Shown one piece after another: positions 8,645-17,512 of a DNA stretch of 43,889 bases (positions are counted from its first letter, which is position 1; each line of letters opens with the position of its first letter). Below the pieces are notes generated by a model. That model was not told the origin of the DNA. It saw only the letters and a program-made list of their open reading frames with translations, and searched no databases. The position numbers were made by a program, and so were the translations under genes. The DNA lies in contig JBBRNJ010000076.1 of assembly GCA_038230375.1 (NCBI GenBank), positions 1-43,889 of the forward strand, read 5' to 3'. The DNA comes from Polyangiales bacterium (GTDB taxonomy: Bacteria; Myxococcota_A; Polyangia; Polyangiales; Polyangiaceae).

Positions 8645-9208
8645 CTACTTGTTGATGCGCTCGAGGTACTGGCCGCTCGTCGTATCGATCTTGATCCACT
8701 CGCCCTCTTTGATGAAGAGCGGGACGTTGACCGTGGTGCCGGTGACGAGCGTGGCGGGCTTGGTGGCGCCGCTCGCGGTGTCGCCCTTGATGCCGGGCTC
8801 GCTGGCCACGACCTGCATGACGACGTTCGGCGGGAGATTCACGACGATCGGGTTTCCGTTGAACAGGGTCAGCTTCACCTGGAGCCCCTCGGAGAGGAAG
8901 CGCGACTCGTCGCCGACCTTGATCTTGTCCACGTGGAGCTGGTCGCCTGTCTCCGAGTTCATGAAGACGTACTGCTCGCCCTCGGACCAGGAGTAGGTCA
9001 TGTCGACGTCCTCGACATCCGCCAGCTCCACCGACTCGCCCGACTTCCAGGTCTTCTCGACCAGGTGCCCCGTCATCAGGTTGCGAACGCGGCAGCGCGT
9101 GAATGACTGGCCTTTGCCGGGTTTGACGAACTGGTGCTCCAGGATGTGGAACGGAATGCCGTCGATCTGGATTTTCAGGCCTTTGCGGATGTCCTGCGTC
9201 GATGCCAT
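8645..9208 (-). CDS. efp: Elongation factor P
   Basis: 187 aa from ATG 9208 (MASTQDIRKGLKI), KPGKG loop, PGIKGDTA, KPATLVTG, VPLFI, IKIDT. Confidence 0.97.
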   Translation of the reverse strand: MASTQDIRKGLKIQIDGIPFHILEHQFVKPGKGQSFTRCRVRNLMTGHLVEKTWKSGESVELADVEDVDMTYSWSEGEQYVFMNSETGDQLHVDKIKVGDESRFLSEGLQVKLTLFNGNPIVVNLPPNVVMQVVASEPGIKGDTASGATKPATLVTGTTVNVPLFIKEGEWIKIDTTSGQYLERINK

Positions 9209-9271
9209 GGGGGTCGCCAAGTAGCAGCTTCTATGCAGGCTTTCAAGCTGTGCTAATTCACGGGCGTTGCA

Positions 9272-10132
9272 ATGAACGAGAGCGACGAAGAGCTGCGCGA
9301 CATCAAGCGCGAGATCATCGAGTCGCGGGGGCTCGTCATCAAGACGAACAACCTGACGAATGCGCTGAGCGCCGACATCAAGTCGATCGCGAAGCGGCAG
9401 CAGTCGTACGAGCGCAAGCTCTCGTGGAACAGCGCCACGGCCTATGTGGTCTTCGTCCTGGTCGTGTTTGCAGCCCTGAAGCTCGCGTGGGACGCACGCG
9501 TGGATCAGATCAAGGCCGAGACCGAGCAGAAGTCGATCGACAACGAGCGCCTCAAGAAGGAGCTCAACGAGGCGCGCAAGAAGGACGAAGATCGCGCCCA
9601 CGCAGAGGCGCGCGCGGCCCAGTTCTACGAGCTGATCAGGCAGGGCAAGAAGGTAGAGATAGTCGAGCAGTTCGAGAACGTGAAGAAGGGCGCCCTCTCC
9701 AAGACAGAGGAGGGCGTGTTCGCGGACGCGGCGGAGCGCGCCAAGAACGATCTCGCGGTGCTCAGCTATCAGCAGGCGCTCGACAAGACCCGCGTGCAGC
9801 GCTGGCAAGAGGCGGCGACACTCTACGAGGACTCGCTGAAATACAAGGAGGACTCGGCGATTGCTCCGAGCGTGAAGCTCGGCATGGCGGAGGCCTACCG
9901 CCATCTGTCGCGTCAGAAGGACGCGATCCCCGTCCTCGTCGCGCTGTCGGAGAACTCCGTGGACCGCGAGGTGCAGGACGACGCGATCTACATGCTCGCG
10001 CTCTGCCAGATGGATATCCAGGCGTGGAACGACGCGAAGAACACGTGGCGCACCCTGATCAGGCGGTTCCCCGATTCGAGGTTCACACCAGAAGCGCGCC
10101 TGCAGCTGCAGGGCCTCCAGCTGCTGCACTGA
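9272..10132 (+). CDS. Membrane-anchored coiled-coil/TPR protein (CpoB/BamD-like C-terminus)
   Basis: N-terminal coiled coil, one TM (YVVFVLVVFAAL), second coiled coil, TPR helices ending LIRRFPDS. Confidence 0.8.
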   Translation: MNESDEELRDIKREIIESRGLVIKTNNLTNALSADIKSIAKRQQSYERKLSWNSATAYVVFVLVVFAALKLAWDARVDQIKAETEQKSIDNERLKKELNEARKKDEDRAHAEARAAQFYELIRQGKKVEIVEQFENVKKGALSKTEEGVFADAAERAKNDLAVLSYQQALDKTRVQRWQEAATLYEDSLKYKEDSAIAPSVKLGMAEAYRHLSRQKDAIPVLVALSENSVDREVQDDAIYMLALCQMDIQAWNDAKNTWRTLIRRFPDSRFTPEARLQLQGLQLLH

Positions 10133-10135
10133 CGA

Positions 10136-10261
10136 CGACTTCGACTTCGACCTCGACCTCGGCCTCGACTTCGACCTCGACCTCGACCTCGACCTCGACC
10201 TCGACCTCGACCTCGACCTCGGCCTCGACTTCGACCTCGACCTCGACCTCGACCTCGACTT
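10136..10261. repeat. Hexanucleotide tandem repeat (CGACCT)n, 21 units
   Basis: Direct read; variants CGGCCT-CGACTT recur at 10160 and 10220, giving a 60-bp higher-order period. Confidence 0.95.
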
Positions 10262-10289
10262 CGGCACATTCCGCGCTACCACTGGGCTC

Positions 10290-11693
10290 ATGAAGCGGGT
10301 TCTTTTTGGCCTTGGAATGGTCGCTGGCGCTGCGATGGTGTCCGCGGTTGGCTGCTCCTCGACCTCTCACCCTCCCATCGATCCGGGCGTGGTCACGGAA
10401 GATGCAGGCAGCGATGGCGCCACGGAGGTCAGCGACGGCGGCGTTGCCACGCCCGACACGCCCGCTGGAAACGCGTTCGCCTGGGTGCTCGCCGGCCTGA
10501 ACGGCGCCAAGGTGACCGCGGCGGACGTGAACACCCACTTCACGAAGGCCTTCCTCGCGGCTGTTCCCGCGAACCAGGTGCTCGCAACCTTCAGCCAGCT
10601 CTCCCCGATGAAGCCCTGGAGCCTCACCGGCTTCGAAGGGAAGACCACGCCGACCGCGCTGGTCGCGCTCCTCCATCGCGGCGACGGGCAGATCTGGCGC
10701 CTCAGCATCAACGTGGACGCCGCGGGCCTCATCGATGGGTTGCTCGCGAACCAGGCACCGGACGCGGACCCCGCGCTCACCTCTTTCGATGCGGTCGATG
10801 CGCGGCTCGCCACGCTTGCGCCGAACGTCAGCGTGCTCGCGGCCACCATCGACAAGGGCGCATGCTCGCCGCTGCATGCGGTCGCGGCGGACACGAGCCG
10901 CCCGCTGGGCTCGCAGTTCAAGCTCTACATCCTGGCCGCGCTCGCGGAGAGCGTGAAGACCGGCGCGCATGCGTGGACGGACACCATCGCCATCGACGAC
11001 AAGCTGAAGTCCCTGCCTTCTGGCACGTTCCAGGACCAGACCACCGGGACCAAGCTGCCCGTGACTGCGTACGTGGAGAACATGATCTCCATCAGCGACA
11101 ACACTGCAACCGATCACCTCCTGTTCTTCCTGGGGCGCACCACGGTGGAGGACGCGCTCGCCAGGAACGGTCATCACCAGCCGTCTGACAATCAGCCTTT
11201 CTTCAGCACCCGAGAGCTCTTCGACCTGAAGCTGATGCTCACGTCGCAGGAGCGCACGGACTTCCTCGCGGGCACCGTCGCCGACAAACGCCAGAAGCTC
11301 CAGACGTACGACGACACGCTGGATCCGCGCACGTTCGTGGGCAGCTGGGTGAACCCGATCGCGGTCGACACGCTCGAATGGTTCGCCACGCCGAAGGATC
11401 TCTGTCAGGTCATGTCGAACCTCAAGGACTACGGCGACGCGCCGGCGACCGCAGAGGTGAAGAAGGCGCTCTCGATCAATCCGGGCATCCCGGACGATGC
11501 CGCGCTGTTCTCGTACATCGGCTTCAAGGGCGGCTCCGAGCCAGGTGTCCTCACCCTGAGCTTCCTCTTGCAACGGAAGAAGGACAGCGCGTTTCGCTTC
11601 TACTCGGTGGAGCTCATGAACGGGAGCGCGCCGCTGAACGAGGACGCGATCGTCTACGCAGCTGGAGCCGGTCGCGCCATCCTCGGCCGCTGA
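10290..11693 (+). CDS. Serine hydrolase lipoprotein, class A beta-lactamase-like fold (Cpe/LpqF-like)
   Basis: Lipobox AVGC; SQFK (SxxK), SDN, FKGGSEPGV; extra N-terminal domain. Confidence 0.85.
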   Translation: MKRVLFGLGMVAGAAMVSAVGCSSTSHPPIDPGVVTEDAGSDGATEVSDGGVATPDTPAGNAFAWVLAGLNGAKVTAADVNTHFTKAFLAAVPANQVLATFSQLSPMKPWSLTGFEGKTTPTALVALLHRGDGQIWRLSINVDAAGLIDGLLANQAPDADPALTSFDAVDARLATLAPNVSVLAATIDKGACSPLHAVAADTSRPLGSQFKLYILAALAESVKTGAHAWTDTIAIDDKLKSLPSGTFQDQTTGTKLPVTAYVENMISISDNTATDHLLFFLGRTTVEDALARNGHHQPSDNQPFFSTRELFDLKLMLTSQERTDFLAGTVADKRQKLQTYDDTLDPRTFVGSWVNPIAVDTLEWFATPKDLCQVMSNLKDYGDAPATAEVKKALSINPGIPDDAALFSYIGFKGGSEPGVLTLSFLLQRKKDSAFRFYSVELMNGSAPLNEDAIVYAAGAGRAILGR

Positions 11694-11790
11694 TCACGCG
11701 GCTGGGACGATTCGCGCCGCTGATCACGCGGCTGGGACGATTCGCGCCGCGATCACGCGGCTGGGACGATTCGCGCCGCGATCACGCGGC
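11692..11790. repeat. 29-30 bp tandem repeat, 3 full copies plus a partial, between convergent genes
   Basis: GATCACGCGGCTGGGACGATTCGCGCCGC at 11692, 11722 and 11751; the partial copy at 11780 contains the stop codon of the J-domain gene. Confidence 0.93.
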
Positions 11791-12510
11791 GACGATTTGC
11801 TTGTACGCCGCGGTGACCTCGGAGAAGCGCGCGGCGAGAGCGCGGCGTTCGTCGTCTCGCGCATGCGGATGAAGGTCCGGGTGGTACGCCCGCACGAGGC
11901 GCCTATACGCGGCCTTTATCTCGACCTCACCCGCGTCGAACGACACACCTAGTGTCTGGAACGCGCGGGCGCGATGCGGATCCGGAATGCCATTCGGGCG
12001 GCCGTACGAGGAGCGCGGAGCCGGCGCGCCTGCACGATCGCGCGCGCGCGCACGGCCGCGCAGGAACTCGTCGGAGGTGAGAGGCCTGTCGGTCAGCGCC
12101 CCGCGCGGCGCGCGCATCGCGGCGCGGAAGTGAACGCGCGCGTCTGCCAGCTGCTCCAGAACGTGAAGGCGCACCGCGAGCTGTTGACGGAGCGCACGAT
12201 CGACGACCTCGGGCGAGAGCTGGAACTCACGAACCAGCACCTCGCCGTGAAGCTGTCGCGCAGAGAGCGCGCGAAGAAGCGAGCGGCGCAGGGTCTCCTC
12301 GTCCACGGCATCGAGCCGGCGCAACATCTCCGCGAGCGAAGGCGTTGCGCGGTCCACGTCCACAGCGGTCACACGGCCGGAGGTCACGAAGACGCGATGC
12401 GTGCGCCCGCTCTGCTCCACGAGCTCCAGCGTGCCCGTGGCGCCCGCGCGGAAGATCGCCCCGAGCAGATCGCCGAGCGTGGACGTCCGAAGCGAGCCAG
12501 GGAGCTGCAT
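11782..12510 (-). CDS. J-domain (DnaJ) protein with an N-terminal DUF4388-like domain
   Basis: C-terminal IKAAYRRLVRAYHPD...RFSEVTAAY; N-terminal GSLRTSTLGDLL...ATGTLEL. Confidence 0.85.
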   Translation of the reverse strand: MQLPGSLRTSTLGDLLGAIFRAGATGTLELVEQSGRTHRVFVTSGRVTAVDVDRATPSLAEMLRRLDAVDEETLRRSLLRALSARQLHGEVLVREFQLSPEVVDRALRQQLAVRLHVLEQLADARVHFRAAMRAPRGALTDRPLTSDEFLRGRARARDRAGAPAPRSSYGRPNGIPDPHRARAFQTLGVSFDAGEVEIKAAYRRLVRAYHPDLHPHARDDERRALAARFSEVTAAYKQIVAA

Positions 12511-12559
12511 GACTCCCATTCGTACTTGGCGGCGCCTGGACGGGCCAAATTCGCGGCGT

Positions 12560-13015
12560 CTAGGGCGACCCCACGACCATCTCCGTCTTCACGAGCGCTT
12601 CGCGGGTGACGCAGCGCTTGTCCGCGTTGCACTCCACCGTGCGAATGCGCGCCGTCACCTCACCGCGTCCCAGACGCCGTGACGCGAGCGCGAGCGGAAA
12701 TCGCCAGCGCGACGGCTCCTTGGAGGCCGCGTCCGACGGACCCAGGCGGCCGCGCAGAGGCACGGCAAACTCGGGGACGCCGACGATCTCGACCTCTGCC
12801 CACGAGATGCCAAGGCCCTCCGTGGCGCGGACCTCCACGCTGCACCGCACACGACCCGGCTCCCCGGCGCGATCACACTGCATCGAGTCCTCCGGACCGG
12901 CGGCGTGTGCCGCGGGCTCCGCGATCGGCCCGGATAGCAGGCCCAGCACGAAGAAGAGCGCCGGCAGATACCTTGGCGCGAGCGACATTCGGCGGACGGT
13001 CGTCATGTGCTGCAC
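12560..13015 (-). CDS. Hypothetical secreted beta-rich protein
   Basis: Signal peptide ending AHA, four Cys in the mature part; start uncertain (GTG 13015, ATG 13006 or ATG 12988). Confidence 0.65.
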   Translation of the reverse strand: MQHMTTVRRMSLAPRYLPALFFVLGLLSGPIAEPAAHAAGPEDSMQCDRAGEPGRVRCSVEVRATEGLGISWAEVEIVGVPEFAVPLRGRLGPSDAASKEPSRWRFPLALASRRLGRGEVTARIRTVECNADKRCVTREALVKTEMVVGSP

Positions 13016-13052
13016 CGCCGATGCTACCCCGGAATCTGAGCGTGGTCCTGTT

Positions 13053-14774
13053 TCAGAACACGTAGAGGACCGGCTTGTCGCCATCCGTGCAGGCGACCTT
13101 GGTTCCGTCATCCGACACCACACATGCGGTTCCGCGCACTGGCTTCTTGTCAGCGTCGACCAGAAGCACGGTCCGCTTGCCATCATCCACTGCGATGCCG
13201 AGTGGCGTGCGCACCACCAGGTGCGGTCCCTTCTGCGAAGCTGCGCCGCCCTTGCCTGCCGCGAACGACGCGGGCCGCTCCGGCCGGTCCGCCTTCAGGT
13301 TGCGCACCGAGACGAGCTGCCCCGTGACGACCAGCGTGAGACCCCCGTCTGTCCACGCGATCGGCGCGGCGGACACGGCGCCGCCCCGCGTACCCTCGCA
13401 CTTGCGACCAAACAGCGGCTCCACCGGAAGGCTCACGTCCTCCGACGACGTCGCGCCCGCGAGCGTGAGCTTGAGTGCGCCCTCGTCGCATGGATCATAG
13501 ACCTCCAGCAGCCGCTGCGCCGCGTCCGGCGACGTCACGGTCAGCGGCCACGCAGCGATCTGCGCCGGCTCGCCGCTGTCCGCGCGAACGACTCCGTCGG
13601 CCTCTGACACGCGAAGGACCAGCGCGCCGTCGGCGTCGAACGCGAGCGGCGAGAACGAGATGCCGGCGCCCTTCTGCACCACGCGATCGAAGGTCTTCGT
13701 CTCCTTCACGGCCTTGCGGACGACCAGCGGCGCGAGCGTCATCACGTCTGCCTTACCTCCCATGCGCGTCGCGGCATCCAGCTCGAAGACCGCGCGCACG
13801 CGTTCTCCTGTCTGCGCGAGCGCACGTGCATAGGTGGACTGCGCACGCTGCATGGACGGGCTGTCCGCGCACGCAGGTGCCGACACGCCGAAGAGCGGGC
13901 GCACGCGCGGCTTGTCCTGGCAGATGGCGCGGTAGAGCGTGCGGAGGCGGCCCAGCGACTCGAGCGCAGCCTTCCCGTCCTTCTTGTCGGCGCGCGCAGC
14001 CGCCGCGTGCTCCAGCGCGCCGAAGGAGGCCTCCGGCTCGCCACCGCTCCGCGAAAGCCCCGCGGACCTGTCCACCATCACGACCTTCGCGGTGCTCCCT
14101 TCGGTCGACACCACGAGCGTCACGTCGGGGACGCCGTCCTTGTCCATGTCGGTCACGTCGATGTGCGCATCCAGCGGCGGATCGGCTGGGCGATCGCGTA
14201 TCTCTGCCGCATAGCGGAGACGCACGCCAGGAGCCGTGGAGAAGAGCGCAATGCTGCGCGACGGCGGCTGACCGTGCCCTGCGCATCCGAAGGACAGCGC
14301 GAGCTCGAACGCGGCATCACCCCGATCCTCCTTGGCTACCTGAGGCGTACAGGAGAGGTCCACGACGTCCTCGCCGACGGTGAGCACCTTCTTCGTGCTC
14401 GCGACCGCATGCGAAGAGAGGTGGAAGAGGACAAGATCGAGCGGCGCAGGCGCGGCCTTCGGACGTACGACGACGAGCACGTCGCCGCGCTCCGCCGTGC
14501 CCGCAAGCGTCGCGTGCACCAGCACCTTGCCGGGGTCCGCTGCGATCTCGACCCCTGCGACATCCATCTTCGTGGCGAGCGGCGGTGGGATCAGGCTGGC
14601 CGTCAGGCTCGCGCCGCCGTCGATTGTCGCCGACTGCGACTGCGCATCGGTCGCGCTGCCAGCGTCGGTCGATGCCTCGTCCCCGACCCGGTACGGAACG
14701 TATGGCTTCTCATCGCAGCCTCGCCCGCATCCCATGCAGGTCAGCAAGCAGAGGAGCCAGGCGCGGTTTCGCAT
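13053..14774 (-). CDS. Hypothetical lipoprotein, 573 aa
   Basis: Cys-rich lipoprotein signal (LTCMGCGRGC); DMDKDGVPD Ca-binding-like loop. Confidence 0.75.
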   Translation of the reverse strand: MRNRAWLLCLLTCMGCGRGCDEKPYVPYRVGDEASTDAGSATDAQSQSATIDGGASLTASLIPPPLATKMDVAGVEIAADPGKVLVHATLAGTAERGDVLVVVRPKAAPAPLDLVLFHLSSHAVASTKKVLTVGEDVVDLSCTPQVAKEDRGDAAFELALSFGCAGHGQPPSRSIALFSTAPGVRLRYAAEIRDRPADPPLDAHIDVTDMDKDGVPDVTLVVSTEGSTAKVVMVDRSAGLSRSGGEPEASFGALEHAAAARADKKDGKAALESLGRLRTLYRAICQDKPRVRPLFGVSAPACADSPSMQRAQSTYARALAQTGERVRAVFELDAATRMGGKADVMTLAPLVVRKAVKETKTFDRVVQKGAGISFSPLAFDADGALVLRVSEADGVVRADSGEPAQIAAWPLTVTSPDAAQRLLEVYDPCDEGALKLTLAGATSSEDVSLPVEPLFGRKCEGTRGGAVSAAPIAWTDGGLTLVVTGQLVSVRNLKADRPERPASFAAGKGGAASQKGPHLVVRTPLGIAVDDGKRTVLLVDADKKPVRGTACVVSDDGTKVACTDGDKPVLYVF

Positions 14775-14835
14775 CTAGATGTTGGCTAGTAGTACGCGTG
14801 AGCAGCGAAAGCCATTCTCGCCTACAGTGGCCGCC

Positions 14836-15807
14836 GTGCGGTTCCTCTGTGCCGTTTTGCTCTTCCTGCTGCTCGCGTTGAATGCCGGCGTCGCGCGGGC
14901 GGAGGATCTCCCCGCGTCGGATGCTGCGTTCACGGTCGCGGAATCGAAGGAGCAGACTCTCGAGCTAGCGGACGCCTTGCGCGCGTACGAGCGCGCGGAG
15001 TCACTGGCGCCGCTCGGGGCGCACGCGGCGGCTGCCCGCGCACGCGCCGCATTCCTGCGCACACATGCCGAGGGCGACTTCGCACCGCTGATCGCGCTCG
15101 AGCGCGTCCGCCGTGATCCGGCGCGCGCGAACGACTCCGGCGCACTGGCCGAGCTCGGCGCGTCGAGCAGGTCGTTTCCCCAGGGTCAGGTCCGCCTGGA
15201 GGCGTGGCGCTTCCTTGCGATGGCGCACGCGCGCCGACACGACGACGAGCAAGCGATCGTGTTCGCCAGGCTCACGCTCGCGGACCCAGCCGCGGATGAC
15301 GTCACCCGTACCGACATCGCGAGCCTCATGGCGGAGGCCTGTCTTCGGCATGGCGACATGAACTGCGCGCGCGAGGCAGCGCGGGCGGGCGGCGTCTCGC
15401 CGGAGGTGCGCGGGCGGATCGAGAAACTGGTGCGTCGTCGGGCGCTCGCGTTCGTGGCGGCGGGCCTGCTCGCGGTCACCGTGGTCGCCTCGATCTTCGT
15501 CATGCGAAGGGCGCGATCGCGCATCGCACGTCCACCTGTGCGCGCCCTGGCGCTTCCCGGACTTGCGGCGGGGGTGATCGTCGCATGCGGCCTGGCTGCA
15601 ACCAGCTTCGAGGGCGCGTCACCACTGCCATTCGTCCTCCTCGGCGGCGCGGTGCTGCTGCTCTCGCTCCTGGGCGCGCAGGTGGCGTCGGTCGTCCGCG
15701 GGGCGGCGGCCGTGCGTGCGGCGGCGTTCGCGATCGCGGTCGTGGCTGCCGCGTTCCTCAGCCTGTACGCTTCGGGTCCCGACTACCTCACTGACTTCGG
15801 ACTATGA
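14836..15807 (+). CDS. Membrane protein with signal peptide, helical/TPR-like exported domain and about 4 C-terminal TM helices
   Basis: GTG 14836 gives the signal VRFLCAVLLFLLLALNAGVARA; hydrophobic C-terminal third; the stop overlaps the next ATG. Confidence 0.75.
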   Translation: MRFLCAVLLFLLLALNAGVARAEDLPASDAAFTVAESKEQTLELADALRAYERAESLAPLGAHAAAARARAAFLRTHAEGDFAPLIALERVRRDPARANDSGALAELGASSRSFPQGQVRLEAWRFLAMAHARRHDDEQAIVFARLTLADPAADDVTRTDIASLMAEACLRHGDMNCAREAARAGGVSPEVRGRIEKLVRRRALAFVAAGLLAVTVVASIFVMRRARSRIARPPVRALALPGLAAGVIVACGLAATSFEGASPLPFVLLGGAVLLLSLLGAQVASVVRGAAAVRAAAFAIAVVAAAFLSLYASGPDYLTDFGL

Positions 15808-16076
15808 ACATGAAGACGACGCCACCGCCCAGCACACCGAACCCGCGAATCACGCAGGGCGTGCTCGCCGTGCGCGAGGGCCCATCCGCGAACTGCTCGA
15901 GCATCGGCAGCGTGGTCGACACGCTCTTCGTGACCGCGGCAGTGGGCGGCGCGCTCTTCGCTGCGGTCGCGGCCGCCGTGCAGCGCGAGAGGAACGCCAT
16001 CCGCGTGGTTGGTGAGCCCGCGCCCGTGGTGATGGAAGCAGAGAACGAAGAGAAGACCGATGCGCCTCCGACATGA
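15804..16076 (+). CDS. Small single-TM protein, candidate radical SAM substrate/precursor
   Basis: 90 aa; ATGA overlap with the upstream gene and overlap with the rSAM start; motif GVLAVREGPSANCSSIGS before a TM helix. Confidence 0.7.
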   Translation: MNMKTTPPPSTPNPRITQGVLAVREGPSANCSSIGSVVDTLFVTAAVGGALFAAVAAAVQRERNAIRVVGEPAPVVMEAENEEKTDAPPT

Positions 16077-17208
16077 ACCGTGGGGCGCGTGGGCGATGCT
16101 GGACGAGCAGCCGGTGCTCGTCGCGCTCGATCATGATGCGGTAGAGGCGCTCGGCGTCCCGCGCACGGCGGTCGCGCCCGGTCCAAGGCCTCCACTCGAG
16201 GCTCACGTCGCGGTCACGGAGCGCTGCGGCGCCGGATGCGTGGGCTGCTACGTGGATGCGCAGCCGGACGGTCACGAGCCCGCACTCGAGGAGCTGGAGG
16301 CGCGCTTCCGCGAGCTCGCGAGGCTTGGCGTGTTCGTCGTGGCGCTCGGGGGTGGAGAGCCGACGACCCGCGACGACCTTGGTGACGTGGTGCGCGCGGC
16401 GAAGGCTCACGGGCTCTCCGTCGTGGCGACCACGAGCGGCCTGGGCCTTCGTGAGGCGCAGCTGCGCGCGCTCTCTGAGCTCACCGCCGTGAACGTCAGC
16501 TACGACGGCAGCGGCGACGCCTACGCGGAGGTGCGCGGCTTCCGCGGCAGCAGCGGGGCCGAATCCGCGATCGACCGTCTCACCAGGGCCGGCGTACACG
16601 TCGGCGTGAACGTGGTCCTCACGCGCCAGAGCCTCCCCCACCTGGAAAAGACGGTGCTTCGCGCCGTGGAGCTGGGCGCCCGCGAGGTGCAGCTGCTTCG
16701 CTACAAGCCGAGCGGCCGCGCGCGCTCGCTCGACTACCTGACGCGCAGGCTCTCGCGCGAGCAGGTCCTTACGCTGGGCGCCGACGTGGAGGCGATCATC
16801 ACCTTGCTCCACGGGCGAGCGCGGGTGCGCATCGACTGCGCCCTGGTGCCGCTCCTCTCCATGCACGACCCGTTCTCCGATGCAGACGCGCTGTCGCGGC
16901 ATGGCGTGCTGGGCTGCGAGGCCGGCGAGAACTTGTGGGCCGTCCGCGCACGCGGTGCGGTCGCGCCTTGCTCGTTCACTGGCGACGACAGCGGACACGC
17001 GCTGTCGGCGGCCGCGCATGACAAGGGGCTTGCCACCTTCCGCGCGTGGAACGCTGCGCCCGACGAACCATGTGCATCCTGCACGCTTTTCCGCGTATGC
17101 AAGGGCGGCTGCAAGGTGGTGTCCTCGTTCGTGTCCGAGCGTCATGGGCCCGACCCGGAGTGTCCTCGTGTGCAGGCGCACCGGAAGGCAGAGCGGGATC
17201 GCGCGTGA
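16060..17208 (+). CDS. Radical SAM/SPASM domain protein
   Basis: CxxxCxxC (CGAGCVGC), GGGEP, TTSG; SPASM cysteines GCEAG..VAPC..CASC..C-KGG-C plus PDPEC. Confidence 0.92.
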   Translation: MRLRHEPWGAWAMLDEQPVLVALDHDAVEALGVPRTAVAPGPRPPLEAHVAVTERCGAGCVGCYVDAQPDGHEPALEELEARFRELARLGVFVVALGGGEPTTRDDLGDVVRAAKAHGLSVVATTSGLGLREAQLRALSELTAVNVSYDGSGDAYAEVRGFRGSSGAESAIDRLTRAGVHVGVNVVLTRQSLPHLEKTVLRAVELGAREVQLLRYKPSGRARSLDYLTRRLSREQVLTLGADVEAIITLLHGRARVRIDCALVPLLSMHDPFSDADALSRHGVLGCEAGENLWAVRARGAVAPCSFTGDDSGHALSAAAHDKGLATFRAWNAAPDEPCASCTLFRVCKGGCKVVSSFVSERHGPDPECPRVQAHRKAERDRA

Positions 17209-17495
17209 GGCGTCGCACGGCCCTGGCCGGCGCGCTCGGCGCGTGCTCCGCGATCGCCGCGTACGCCGTCATTCGCGTGGTGGGCTCCTTCGCCGGCGTG
17301 GAGCCAGATCCACGCGGGATCTACTGGACCGAGCACGCCGGCTTCTCGTGGCGGCTGCTGACCGCGCTTTTGTTCGGCGCGCTTCTCGCGCTCACTGCGG
17401 CGCAGCTCGACGAGGAGCGCCTTGATCGGTGGGTGCTTCCGGGCGTGCTCGGCGCCACGCTGGCCATCGTGCTGCAGGCCGCCTTCCTGCCGTGA
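17205..17495 (+). CDS. Small membrane protein (about 3 TM), 96 aa
   Basis: GTG 17205 overlaps the rSAM TGA (GTGA); same frame as ORF 17046..17495; three hydrophobic segments. Confidence 0.7.
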   Translation: MRRRTALAGALGACSAIAAYAVIRVVGSFAGVEPDPRGIYWTEHAGFSWRLLTALLFGALLALTAAQLDEERLDRWVLPGVLGATLAIVLQAAFLP

Positions 17496-17512
17496 CCGCC
17501 GGAGTGCTGCGC

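Noticed and set aside
9209..10291. RS-repeat N-terminal extension fused to EF-P (548-aa ORF), and the VEVE/STST/RGRG repeat ORFs
   Set aside because: Translations of the hexamer repeat and antisense of the TPR gene; EF-P has a normal ATG at 9208.
10290..11693. Bona fide beta-lactam resistance gene
   Set aside because: A lipoprotein with an extra N-terminal domain and KGG motif fits Cpe/LpqF-like serine hydrolases; activity cannot be inferred from sequence.
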